This document shows, one piece after another, positions 1-13,200 of a stretch of 64,000 bases of DNA. Under the pieces are notes generated by a model that saw only the letters and a program-made list of their open reading frames with translations, had not been told where the DNA came from and made no database searches. Every line of letters starts with the position of its first letter. Position 1 is the first letter of the stretch. A program made the position numbers and the translations under genes. The stretch comes from Ostrea edulis (Eukaryota), in assembly GCF_947568905.1 (NCBI RefSeq), contig NC_079173.1, positions 30,752,001 through 30,816,000 on the forward strand, in the 5' to 3' direction.

Positions 1-3000
1 CAGTGAATCAAAAAGTTAACGTTTCTTTTGTTTAATACACGAATCACTGAAATATTCTAATCTTCCACACACACAAAAATGGTTTCAGTTATAAATTTGT
101 TCGTTTTTTTTCTAAATACAAATACTCTAGCTGTTATAAGAATATATTTGTTTTAGGAATATTTCTAACTCTTGGTGAAATCGAATCTATTGAATGCCAG
201 TAGTAATAATAAGCCTTTAATTTAGCTGAATTATATTTTGTGCATTTAGGGATTTTGAAGAAAAAGGTAATTGATAGAAGATTAGGAATATGATAATACT
301 AATAATTACAATATAGGGGTTGTTGTGGTGTCATAGAACATATAATGTTCAAAGCTGAAAATATGTAATAATCATGTATTGTGTTAATATAATATTATTT
401 TTCATGTTTTGTTGTGTGGAAAAAGCTTTGTTTATATAAGTTTTAGTTTCTGAATCCATTTTGTTGTTTTTCTCATTTGTTTCATCGCACCTCACAAGCG
501 AAGAGTGGAACAGACATACAGTTTCATTCCTGCATTGTTTTGGTGTATCACAATTGAACTCTTGAGTTTTGTATCTAATACTCACACTCAATAATGAACT
601 TGTTTTGTTTTGTTTGAAGTATATATTTTTGGAAAACAGAAATTATCATTGTTAGAAGTTCTTAATCAATTTACAATGGAAGGTGATGATTGAGTTGATG
701 AGTAATTTGACGGCCCTAATGATTAGCTTATACATGTACATTGTGGCTTAATTTTGATTATAACATCTAGGGTTACTCTGTTTGACTTTTTTAAAACGTG
801 AAAATAATGGTGGAGTTCTGACATAATCCTGGTCAAATTTTTGCTTTGGAGAACAGATTTGGTGGTAAACTATGTTTTAGGAAAATATCGCTTTAAAAAA
901 TAAACCGAATTAAGTTCCTCTGAAATTCAACAGGATTTTTATGTTGAGTTCTGTAATGCATATTTAACATTAAATTAATGCTGGTTAACAGATAATACCC
1001 CATCATGTGGTCTCTTAAGTACATTGTAGGTGTACAATACACATATTTTGTCAATCAAGGTCTTTTAAATTTTGTTGTTTTCAGCCGTTTTCTTTTTGAA
1101 ACCTGTGTTATTATGAAGTCTAATCATATGATGAATATGAAATCAATCCGATAATTCAATGCTAAAGATGTCCTGTATTGTTCAATAGATGTAAACTTTC
1201 ATAAAATCAAAAAAAATGTTATATGAACATGATATTATTTTTGTAAGTCAGTTGTATATAAAATATGACGGACCTCTTCCTTAATGATTACATTTTAAAT
1301 CTAAATTTAGAATTCAGATATTTTCACTAAAGATACAAATTTAGTATTAGCGGATCATGTGATTAAAGGATTTGTGTGTGTATATTTTAAATCGTATTTA
1401 GATAGGTTAGAGTGGTAAATGAATTACCTGTACATTTTCGACACGGTCTGTTGACTTTGGTACATGTATGTATTTACCTGACATGGTCTGTTGACTTTGG
1501 TATGTATAATTACCAACAGAAGTCTCACATTGGATGGATTGTTAGAATCGCAATATATTTTGTTAGAGCTATAATTTAATGCACTGTTGTTAACTGATAT
1601 GGATAAGAAAATCTGTTACTGTCGGGGTTTTGTTTTTTAAAAAAATTTGCTTTTTGCTGTTGTAAAAGGGATGTTTTAAGGCCTCTAATTCTCTATACCT
1701 TGGATAGAAAATATTACCTTTAGTTGTTTTTTTTTTTTCTAGAATGCTGAAAAATAAAGAATAGGTATTATGATTTGAACTCACAATATAAATAGTGTGC
1801 CCTTCCCAATTCTGTACCAGGATATGTACAGTGTGAAGTATTTTATGGCACAAATTAGTCAAAAGTTTTTTTGTTTTATTTTTCAGTTATATTTGTAACA
1901 TACTAGTAAAATCCTACAGACTTCAGTAAATTCTATAACGTAAATGCAATCTATATTTTTGGGGTGTTTGTTTGTTTGTTTGTTTATGGGATCAAGTTTC
2001 TCATTTGATGAAGCTGTATTTATTATCAGTAAGTGTTGTCGTGTATATATGATCTCGTTTTTCGTGGAAAGGAAGTTGGTTGGCTTTAAGTTTACTCTTG
2101 ACATCCAGTGAACCAACTCTTCATTAAGAAACAAATATTTTTCTTTTAATGGATATCAATTTTATAATGATAATGAATATCTATTATCAAATTAAGTGAA
2201 ACCCAAGTCCCTGTTGGATTTGATATTTACAAAATCACAGAGTCAGACATCGTAATTAGCCGTAATAAACAATTCAATCCACCATATTATCATCTACTAT
2301 CCAGCAAGTCACACTGTGTACGGCCCTTGCAGGGACTTTGTAAAAGATCAAAACATTTTTTTTCATGAATGTGTTCCAGTTTTGTAATAATAGGTGGAGT
2401 TCGACAGGTCAGGTTAGATGACATGTATTTTAGAGTATAGTTTTATCCTTTTAAATCATCTGTTGTTTGTTGCCTTGACTTCTAATTTTGGAAATTAGAA
2501 ATTATAAGTAATATTTTTAAACCACAGTTTATTCCTAACATATTTTTAAGATAGTAGTAGTTTGGTTTGAGTTTCATAACATGTGTAAATAATTTGATCA
2601 GTTTCCTAAATTACAATGCAACTTTCAAAGAGTCCAAATATTTAAAAAATTTTAATTTAGTATAGACTTGGTAAAGACTCCATATTTTGTTCTGTAAACA
2701 TCATTTTCTGATATTGAAGTATTTGCCCCTTAAAAATATTCTCCACAAACTTAAAAATGATTTGACTTCTCCCACCTTTTCACAGAAACAAATGAGTATT
2801 TGAGTATTATGGTTTCTGACCACACACACATGTTCCGGTCCTGTTTACTGAGTCTGTGATCGTGTTTTGTAATTGTGATATCATGGTTTGTAGAATTCAT
2901 TAATCATTGATGTTGAATGTGATATAGTATTTTTGTCAATCTGTAAATTAATAAATCATCTCTATTTTAATTATCTCTGTGTATTTGTTTAAAGAACAAG

Positions 3001-3154
3001 GGATGATGAGAGGCTGTTTTTGACATGGTTGACTCAAAAACAGTCAGTACAAGGAATTATGTTGCATTCTAGTATATTGCATCGTGGCAACAAACAAAGT
3101 AGTTTATACACCAAAATGTAAAAAGAAATGCAACCCCCAACTATAGATCAATAA

Positions 3155-3762
3155 TTTTTATGCCCCTTTTCAAAAGGGAGCATATTGGATTGTACTTGTT
3201 AGTTGGTTGGTCGAGTAGACCAAGTGATCTCAAGAACCCTTATTGCTAAACTGACAGACATCAAACTTGTTGTACTGGTAATCCCTAGTGATTTTGAAGT
3301 GACAAGGTCTGGACATAGGAAGATATTCCTTGAGAATCCTTTGCTTGACACACACAAAACATGGTGCACTGGTTTTCCCATAAGTAGGATGTTCCCTATT
3401 GATTTGGAGGTTCACATGTCAATTAAGGCAAACTGGACATGGTAAGATATTTTTTCCTTGAAATCTTGAGAATGCTTTGAGATATATCAAACTTGGTACA
3501 TTTGTTCTACCTGAGGAGCAGATGACCCAATTGATTTGGAGGTCAAGGATCAAACTAATCTGGACATGGGAAGATATTGTCAGGTCAATATCTATGAAGA
3601 AGATACTGTCTATGAAACCCTTTGATTGCTAGAGATCAAACCTTAAGTGTTGTGGTTTTTCCTGACTAGTAGATAACTCAAAATTATTCACCTTCATTAC
3701 ATTCTAAAGTTGATCCTTGTCAATATTTCCATATGGGGGGGGGGGGGGGCATATATGTTTCT
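3155..3762 (+). mobile_element. Non-autonomous Helitron-like element
   Basis: tttttatgcccc left end, ggggcatatatgtttc right end, internal repeated aaacttggtac/tgacccaattgatttggaggtca motifs. Confidence 0.55.
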
Positions 3763-3849
3763 AGTACGATGATTTATAATTGTTGAATAATATACACATT
3801 CCCAATAAATTCACTGTAGAATATTTACATTTCCAATGTTTTTCCCTAT

Positions 3850-4017
3850 ATCATTACAAATTTAGTAAACACCACTCTGATTCCGTGCACAAGTACTCTG
3901 AAGTTGATATCAAAAATATGCTGGAGTTCCTCATTGACAATATCTATGTAGTCTTTGGTGATCAGGTCTTCCAACAGTCTGTTGGGAGTCCCATGAGCAC
4001 GAATTGTGCTCCTTTAA
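3850..4017 (+). mobile_element. Naiad-type Penelope-like RT fragment
   Basis: HSDSVHKYSEVDIKNMLEFLIDNIYVVFGDQVFQQSVGSPMSTNCAPL corresponds to the GIPMGTNCAPL motif. Confidence 0.8.
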
Positions 4018-4320
4018 TAACAATAATAAAATGTGTATAGCGCTTCATATAAAAGAAATTACTCTAAAGTGCTTTACAAGGGTAGAGAAGAAAAGCAACA
4101 ATAAAACACAATTAGATGACACTATGATTAAGATCAATAGCTAATGGGTTTTCTTATGTAGAGCACTATGCAGTGTTTAACAAAAGTACCACCAACGGTA
4201 CATAATATGCCTGTGAAAAGCTAATATAGGGTGTTTTTCTTACACCATGATTTGTAGAACTTGCCTTCAAGTGGTATCAGCAATCATCAGGGTGTGACAT
4301 ACTTTCTTTGCATCGAAAGA

Positions 4321-4745
4321 AAACAAGACCAATCATGTACTCTCTATGTAATATTTTCACTTGGCATAAGATGTATGTGTACCAAGTTTAATGGTCCTTG
4401 TCCCAATGAATCAGTCTGTCTCCTGCTACTCTGACTATGACCTTGACCTTAAGAAACAATAGGCATCCTCCACTTGCCATAAAGTGTATGTGTACAAAGT
4501 TTGACGGTCCTAGCCCCAACATTTTGGTTTGTATACTGCCTACAAGATTTTTCTACTAAGTGATACTGTGACTTTGACCTTGAAAAAGTAATAGGCATCT
4601 TCCTCTCATCATGGACATCAAATATACCAAGATGTAATATCCTGGAGCTTATGGTTAGGTCTGTATCCTACCCACAAGGTCCGGATAGACAGACGGATGA
4701 CACCATGCCATAATATGTCCTGTATTCGACGGTCGTATAAAAAAT
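4321..4745 (-). mobile_element. Non-autonomous Helitron-like element with internal tandem units
   Basis: aaacaagacc end, repeated accaagtttgatggtcc...tgaccttga units, gacagacgga tract and cggtcgtataaaaa end. A related copy lies at about 12270-12740. Confidence 0.6.
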
Positions 4746-4852
4746 CAACGAAATAAAATATAAGAAGATTTAGAAATTTGCATTAAAAACAAAAAATTTG
4801 AACTGTGTAAGAAGCTTAAGAGTCGGGAAAAGCAATTTTTAAAAGGCGGGTT

Positions 4853-6920
4853 TTTAAGTTTTTAGCTCACTTGAGGTTTTCTGATCACTTTTTGTCCAGC
4901 ATCCTCTTGTCTGTCTGTCCGTCCGTAAACTTTTTACATTTTGGACTTTTTCTCCAGAACTATAACCAAACTTGGCACAAGCATCCTTTAGTGAAGGGCT
5001 TTCAAGTTTGTTCACATGAAGAACCAGACTCCCTTTAAAGGGGAGATAATCACAAAAATAAGGTGGGGTCATTTAAAAATCTTCTCAAGAACCACTGGGC
5101 CAGAAAAGTTGAAATTTACATGAATGGTCTCGGATGGAAGGGTGGGGCCACAATAGGGGATATATAGGGAAAATCTTCTTGACTCAAGAACTACTGGGCC
5201 AGAAAAGTTTACATTTACAAGGTAGCTTCCTGATATAGTGCAGATTCAAGTTTATTAAAATCAAGATCCCCAGGGTTAGGGTGGAGCCACAATAGGGGAT
5301 CAAAATTTTACATGTAAATATATAGAGAAAAACTTTTAAAATTTTCTTTTCAAGAACCACTGGGCTAAAAAAGTTAATATCAAAATGGCAACTTCCTGAC
5401 ATAGTGCAGATTCAATTTAGTAAAAATCATGGTCCCGGGGGGTTGGGTGGAACCACAATAGGGGATCAAAGTTTAACATACAAATATATAAGGAAAAAAT
5501 TTTAAAAGTCTTTTATCAAGATAGAACCACTGGGCCAGAAAAAGTTCAAAATTACATGAAAGTTTCCTGATATAGTGCAAATTCACATTTGCAAAAATCA
5601 TGGTCCCTTAGGGTAGGGTGGGTCACAATAGAAGATCAAAGTGATATACATGTATAGGAAAAATCTTTAAAAATATCTTTTGAACTATTTAAGCAAAGGG
5701 CTTTCAAATTTTGTATGCATATTTCTTATCATGACCTTTGTCCTTGTGACCTTGAACTCCGGAGTTTGGCCTACTTTTAAGAAAACATAACCTATTTTTA
5801 AAATATATTTGTAGGTATTTTAGGTGGGGCTTTCATTTTTTGTACATAGATTTGTTATGGCAGGACCTTATTTGTAAAATTTTGACCTTGACCTGGGAGT
5901 TGGACCTATTCAATATCTGAACTATTTAAGAAAGATCTTTCATATTTTGTTAATAAATTTCTTAAGACAATACCTTTTATTTCATCCTATAACATTTGAC
6001 CTTGAAATTTGACCTACTCTTAAGAAAAAGTAATCTTTTAGATTATTTAGTATTTAAGGTAGGGCTTTCATATTTTATTTTAGTCCCGTTGGGATCTGGG
6101 TTAGAAGAGGTCCTCAGTACCCCTTGCTTGTCGTAAGAGGTGACTAAATGGGGCAGTCCTTGGAATGAGATCGCAAAAGCAGAGGTCCCGTGTCACAGTA
6201 GGTGTGACATGATAAAGATCCCTCCCTGCTCCAAGGCCATATGCACCGAAAATAGGCCTTCACCTGCAATCGTGACGTTTCCATACGAGTGAAATATTCT
6301 CAAAAGGGACTTTAAACAATATTCAATCAATCATATATAAATTGTTTATGACAAGACGACCTTGTGAAACAATCATATTTGATCTTGTGACCTTGACCTA
6401 CTTTCTTTAAAAAAAAAAACTACGGTAACCTAATCAATATCTCCTGAACTATTTAATGGAAAGTTTTTTTTATATTTTGTATATAGATTTTTATGACAAG
6501 ACGTTGATTTACTTCAGTGTTTGACCTTGACCTGGAAGTTTGACCTACTTTTCAAAAAAATCTTACCTAATCAATATCTCCTGAACTATTCAAGATAGAG
6601 CTTTAGGCTATATTTTGTATATAGATTTCTTATGACAGGGTCTTTCATAGATGTATCATAACCTTGTGACAGTGGTCTTATCCACAATAAGATTATGTTA
6701 GTCATGTTTGGTGTGAGGCATTTCTGGGTTATGTGAATTCATTTTCAGTGATGTTGTGATCCTTTGGGGCTATATGTAGGTTAGGGCCACAATAGAGGGT
6801 CCAAATTTTTCATGGGAATAAAGATTGATATTACAAAAAATCCTTTTAGAATCTAAACAGGTAAACAACGACAGGGCCAAGGTGCCTTTGGCGAGCAATG
6901 TGACCCTTGGGTCTCGTTTT
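4853..6920 (+). mobile_element. Non-autonomous Helitron/Helentron-like element containing Cg170-like 166-bp satellite units
   Basis: Left end tttttagctcac...tctgtccgtccgtaaac; units aagaaccactgggccagaaaag at about 5088, 5186, 5352 and 5523 (166-170 bp spacing); right end ggcgagcaatgtgacccttgggtctcgttt. A SINE is nested at 6085-6335. Confidence 0.75.
6085..6335 (+). mobile_element. SINE family B (Deu/Nin-like core)
   Basis: gggttagaagaggtcctcagtaccccttgcttgtcgtaagagg...catacgagtgaaatattctc with a (caat)n tail; other copies at 43572, 49858 and 54000. Confidence 0.7.
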
Positions 6921-7054
6921 AAAAACGTTTTTGTTTTTGGCAGCTTTAATATGTTTCGGAAGGTTATTCCACAAACTGCCTGCAGCCCAACTAAAGACTA
7001 TGTTAGCTGACTATATAGCTGTTTTTATATTCTTATGAGGCAGAATTAATTCAA

Positions 7055-7737
7055 AAGATTATAACGATCTAGTTCGTAAATACAACCTATCATTGCGTCA
7101 AATGCTGTCTGACGTGTTTCATACCGATTGTTAGGCCGTTCTTGGCACACTGATTTTGACTACGAATAACTCCGTTTACCTGATCAAGATATAGGACTAA
7201 CGGCGGGTGTGATATGCCGACAGGGGATACTTAATAATAATGATTGGTTTTATATAGCGCCTTATCCAGCGTATGCTGCTCAAAGCGCCTTACAATTATC
7301 AATGTACATTATTACTCCGGCAGACCTTATATCAATCTAGAACTTACTCCTCCTAGACACCTGATCCTACCTCTGGTGTGTCCAGGGGTCCGTGTTTGCC
7401 CGACTATCTATTTTGTATTGCTTATAGGAGTTATGAGATTGATCATTGTTCGTTATCTTCGCCTTTCATTCTACTTGAGAACAAAAAATTTCTAGCTGTT
7501 GCCTTCAACTTGACATTTAAGTATATACCTCTGGTGTGTTCAGGGGTCCTTGTTTGCCGAACTACCTATTTTGTATTACTTATGGGATTTATGAGATTTA
7601 TCACTGTTAGTTATCTTCACCTTTCACGATGTTTTATCTATAAACAATAATCATTTTCTTTTCATATGTCGATTCGATATGTCTCAGTGAACTCGAAATA
7701 AAGACACCATGTGTAGAGTTTCATATCTGCTTCGTCC
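7055..7737 (+). mobile_element. Naiad-type Penelope-like mosaic: 3' end, RT fragment and a second 3' end
   Basis: RT C-terminus YNDLVRKYNLSLRQMLSDVFHTDC*, then the 3' UTR ending ...gttatcttcgccttt. This is followed by RT codons LLENKKFLAVAFNLTFKYI | DVLSINNNH...YVDSICLSELEIK, split by a second 3'-end copy at about 7528-7625. Confidence 0.8.
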
Positions 7738-10219
7738 TTGGATAGTTTATTGAACACAAGAATACAGAGCATCGTCTCAAGCCACGGTCCGGAGTCTGCA
7801 TCTAGCTCTCTCCCCAAGCTACGGCCCAGTGTCCGCATATAGCTCTCTCCTACATCGTCTGAAGCCACAGTCCACATATAGCTCTCTCCAGATGGGAGAA
7901 GATCGTACATAATGACTGTGGTTTACGACGATGGACACAGATACTAGTAGAAATCAACAGAACTCTTTGTATTATGACATCCAACTGCTAATTCAAAGAT
8001 GCCGGGGACGAACACGTGTCGATGGTACTCTGCATACAGATTACAGAACAGCAACCCCCGAAAATGGATTTGTTATATTAGATTATGGACGAACAGCAGG
8101 ATTGCCTGTAAAACATGAACACCCCCCTAGTTCTAGCACGCTTTAAGAAGATGAAAACTTGTTAAAATGACGTGCTGAAGCGTTCAAAAAATAAAACAGG
8201 ACAAAATATGCAAAATCAAGTATCATGACAATGGTTTTTAAGAAAGGAAAAACAATACAAGTCAGTCGAAAAAAGTGGGGGGAGAGAAAAGAAATAGCAG
8301 CTCAGTGGAAGTTCAGAACGGCGGATAAAGAGAGGGAGTCCTTCGGTGATACTAATGATGTCATTCTGTATTTCAAAGATGAAGAAAATCAAGGCCACTC
8401 TGAAGATTCGTCAGGTGAACCATACCAAAGTTCCTCTAATGATAAACTATGTGAACCAAGCGGCCAAATCAGTCACCCGAGTATTAGTTAAAAGTGTCAC
8501 TAGACTTAAGGGCCAATCATGAAATCTATGCATCTAAGCTGAATTTAAAATACAAGTGCCCATACTAATGAAAAACTTCACATTGTATACATGTAAGTTG
8601 CATTAACACTACATGACTATATTTTGGACCCGCGGTCCTAAAGTTGCAACATTTACAATTTTAATTTGGTACATGTACACCCCTTTCCGACTTCCTTAAA
8701 TATGCATTAAATTTTAGTTTTTATCCAGTATCAAAAGAATTAGAATAATCACTAATTTTGGCCCCACCCTGGAACCAAAACCAAAAAAAAAAAAGGTTAT
8801 CTGCTTCTCAAAATAGTATCAAAAGCACTAAAGAAGATATAATTCAAATGTTTCCACATAAACACTATATGTCAAATCTGGCCCTGTCCTGGTGTCAGAA
8901 CCCTGCAGATCACCAAATTAAAACTTTAATAGAGGCATTTCCATGCTTTAGGTTTTCTAACAGATGTGCTGTTGTAGAGAAGAATTTTGAAAATTTATTA
9001 ATTTTTGGCATTCTTTGTGCCATTCCCAAGGCTCTGTAGCAACCATTAATGATATAAACACCACCAATACCTCATGCAGGGCACACTATATTATGGATAA
9101 AACAAACTTCCTCAGATCAAACCAAAAGTTGTCTTATCAGATGGTCATCTAGGATTTTTTTAATGAGAGTGTTGCTTTAAAAATCAAGAGGCCCACATGC
9201 CTTATCAGTCACCTGAGTACTAGTTAAAAGTATCACTACTTCCAAGGGCTAATGGAATCTAGAAAAAATTTCCTCAGTAAACTCAGACCTACAGCAATTC
9301 TTACTCCCTGGGGCATATTAAGATTCATTTAAGAAATGAACAGCACTTTTGAGCTGTTCATGGTCAGTATGTGAGGCAAATTCTGTGAATAGCGCTGGCG
9401 ATTCACAGAGAATTTGCCTCAAATCCAAATCCGCTCAAAAGTGCTGTTCATTTCTTATACATGTATTTATCTTCATTTACTAAATCACCATTTGTTTACA
9501 TTGCTTGGATAAGTCAGGAAATATTTTCTTGCATAAAACGAACTCTTAAGATCCACTTATGTCACAGTCGTATTGTGACGTACGTCAAAACATAGACATG
9601 ACGTCACACTTCATCTCACCACGTCTTTTATATCAACATTGCACGGTGCACTGTATTTTGGAGCTAGGAGACCGCAATATTGGGATGGTAATCCACGTAA
9701 GTTCACAATCTTAATCCGAGGTGTGACTTGCGAGATCTTTGTTACACATGTTGTATTTTTTCAAATCATTACGCTCTCTCAGTCCCGTGCTTTAAGCTAG
9801 ACGTTCATAATCCGTTCACAGTCAATATTAACGGATTGTGTCAGTGCTGCAATTGGTTGGTTCATAGAGGAAAATGTGATTTGTACTATAAATATAACAC
9901 AGTAAATACAAGTAAATTGTCCCAGATTTTATATTCACTGTACAAAATCGTGAACTAACAAGTAAGAAGTCATATCTCAGGATTCCTGTAGTGTATTAGG
10001 TACATGTACATAATACCCTAAATCTTTAAACTGTCAATAATTCTAACAACTCCATCACAATCCTAATCCATTACCTCAATATTAAACACATGAAGACTAC
10101 ATATGTAATACTGCAAGAATTATGATCATATTGCTTTTAAACATGAATAGCAGCATTGTATTTGTGAATACAATATGAAACCAGGAAATTCTCCCTCCTT
10201 AAAAGCCAATCAGAGTTCA

Positions 10220-13200
10220 TCAACTCCTGGGGGTTTCCGTGTTACGATTTTTTTCAAAGTCTTTTTTGGTATAGTACTTTCGGTGTTTCCTCTTGGATGG
10301 CTTCTGCTGCTGTAGTTCAGATTTCCAAAACTCCTCAAACGATCCAGGGGCTTGATACCTAGGAACATAATTATACAAATGTTGTGAAGTACGTATTACT
10401 GCAATATCTACATGTATACTACTAGGTGGCTTCTGACCATCTGCAGCACAGGAGCATTACTTTAATAAGTAGAGAAATGATGACTGGGAATCGAACCTGG
10501 CACCCCTGCATCAGTTGTCTGGAGCTCTAACCACTGAGCTGTCCACGCTGATATCCGCAGTACATTTATCTGCCACCTTAACAATACTGATGATTCCTCC
10601 CCCCCATTTCTCTTGAGATTTTACAACCCTAGAGATCTCATACATGAGACTCTTTAAACCACTACATGTGGAACATTTTGTTTGGTGCCAAATAAATAGG
10701 AGGAGAAATGATTGACAAATATGTGGCCACACCCAGAATTGAACCTAGGACCTCATACTCATTTGTTTGGGGCTCTACCACTGAGTGATCTAGGCTAATG
10801 TCCATGCTCCATTTGAATGCCACCAATACTACCTCCAATCTCCCTTGTAATTATTACCACAATGCAAAATACTTCCACTATTACCTTTAAACTAGAAATA
10901 TACTTACTCCACTGTAGTACTGGGGAAGTGTGGAGTCTGGACCCTGCACACCCCTCATTATTTAATCCAGTGTAGGACAGGAGAGATGTGAACCCCAGCA
11001 CACCCCTCATTACTTAATCCAGTGTAGACAGGAGATGTGTGGACCCCTGCACACCCCTCATTACTTAACCCAGTGTAGACAGGAGAGATGTGGACCCCTG
11101 CACACCCCTCATTACTTAATCCAGTGTAGACAGGAGAGATGTGGACCCCTGCACACCCCTCATTACTTAACCCAGTGTAGACAGGAGATGTGTGGACCCC
11201 TGCACACCCCTCATTACTTAATCCAGTGTAGACAGGAGAGATGTGAACCCCTGCACACCCCTCATTACTTAATCCAGTGTAGGACAGGAGAGATGTGAAC
11301 CCCTGCACATCCCTCATTACTTAATCCAGTTTTGATGATTACTAAATAAGTTACAGCTGAATTTAACACTTGTGTCAATGATTTTTCTTGTATTGTTTTA
11401 TATTCATACCCAGGAGTGTTGGCATCCAGAGGGTCTTTAGACAACAAAATGGAAATGGCAGAAATGTCTCTATTGACTTTCAATCTGAAATAAAAATGAT
11501 CCATATAAAACTTTATAATTTAAAAATATATAACTAACATATTCATACAAAAGAATAAAGCAAAATGTGTATCAATCGTGTTTACCTTTCCAGCCCTTCA
11601 ATATTAGGTTCCCAGTACTCTTCAATTCTAAAGAAGAAGAAAAAATCAGAAAATACCTTTTAAAGAAGTTAGCTCCTGAGCACAGCTGTGCAGGATGCTA
11701 TAACTAAGTATTTATTGATTCAATACTGATCCCATTGGGGCAAACATATTAAACACCTATTACAGAACCCTATCCAGTTGAATTTTTTTGTGTCAATTCA
11801 AATTTTGAAAGGGTTTAGCAAGGACTATATTTTGATTTAATATGGTAATCAAAGTTTTAAATCTGCATGATTTTGTAGTTTATGTTTCACCCAATATATC
11901 TTCTATTTTTATATCCCTATACCAGGCTATACGTGATTTCAGTTTTATAATTTATGATACAAGTAGTTGGGACTTGGAACTAGTTCAAATGTTGTATTTA
12001 TCAATTTGGTTGATATATTTTTCCAAACAAAACACCAATTCTTTAAGAAGTCTAAATTAATTTTCTGATAATTTCACTTTTTAAAGTTCCATTTCAAATT
12101 TTAAGACAAGACCTTGAAAATTATGTGAAATTTCAGAAATTGACATTTCTTCTAACATGTCCTTTTAAACTCCCAAATTCAATATCATGAATTGAAATCC
12201 AGCTGAAATGCAAACTGAACATATTCCTCCAAGAGGACTGAATTTCAAGGCAATTTCTGTATCTGTAACAAAACAAGGTTTTCCTACTAACTGATACTAT
12301 TACCTTGACCTTTGACCTTGAGAAACAAGCATTCTATCATTGGCCAAACTTCCGCCAGAGGTCGTTTGCACACAAACCAATGAAGACGCAGAGGACTATG
12401 TGTGGTATGATGATTGGCATGAGGAGTATGTGTACCAAGTTTAATGGTCCTAGCCCCTATGGTTCAGTCATTATACGTCCATCACCTTTGACCCTGAAGA
12501 TCAAAAGGTGTCCTCCACTTGGCATGAGGAATGTGTCCCAAGTTTGATGGTCCTAGCCCCAATGGTTTGGTATGTATCCTGTCTACAAGGTTCTCCTATC
12601 AAGTGATACTATGACCTTAACCCTTGACCTTGAAAAACAATAGGTATTTTCCTCTCATCATGATCATCAAATGTACCAAGTTATAAGATCCTGGATCTTA
12701 CAGTTCATTTGCATTTTGCCTACAAGGTCCAGACAGACCAATTTGCATGCCTTTGATATCACTACAGATTGCAGTGATAATGATTTCCTAATGAATGTGG
12801 TACATTTGTGAACAATGTTCGAATAAATGTTAATAAATATAGTACCTCTGTTTTAACAGCTGCAAATTCTGACAGAAATGAAATTAAAATGTAAATATAA
12901 GCATGATAAAAAATAAATTTCATTTCTGAAAATACATGAGGGTATGAACTGCAACGCTTCATGAGGGTATGAACTGCAACGCTTCATGCCGTCATAATTT
13001 TCATGAACAGTTTATGCTTACCCTCCTGTATTTTCAAAAATGAAATTTCTTAAATATCTCAAATTTCATTAATCAGATGATACTTCTTCCTATCGTCTCC
13101 AAAACTATAATGACTACCATTCTGAAATGTACTCATTATAATGATTTGTGCTGATTTCAAGTGATAATTCAAATAATCTTTCACTTCTATTTCAATTACA

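Noticed and set aside
3003-3050. ATGA followed by a hairpin as a SECIS element
   Set aside because: It lacks the apical AA and the 3' GA quartet, and no selenoprotein gene is visible.
1-3100. Possible gene or 3'UTR at the start of the window
   Set aside because: AT-rich with no recognisable exon; the 349-591 ORF has no homology cue. It cannot be supported from this window.
10488-10790. tRNA genes (also at about 40740 and 44110)
   Set aside because: Only A/B boxes are retained; the cloverleaf is broken and the sequence continues into repeat bodies.
10958-11317. ORFs with TGLSNEGCAGVHISPVY repeats (also 39430-39777 and 62539-63556)
   Set aside because: Produced by minisatellites whose unit length is a multiple of 3; the first two lie inside introns.
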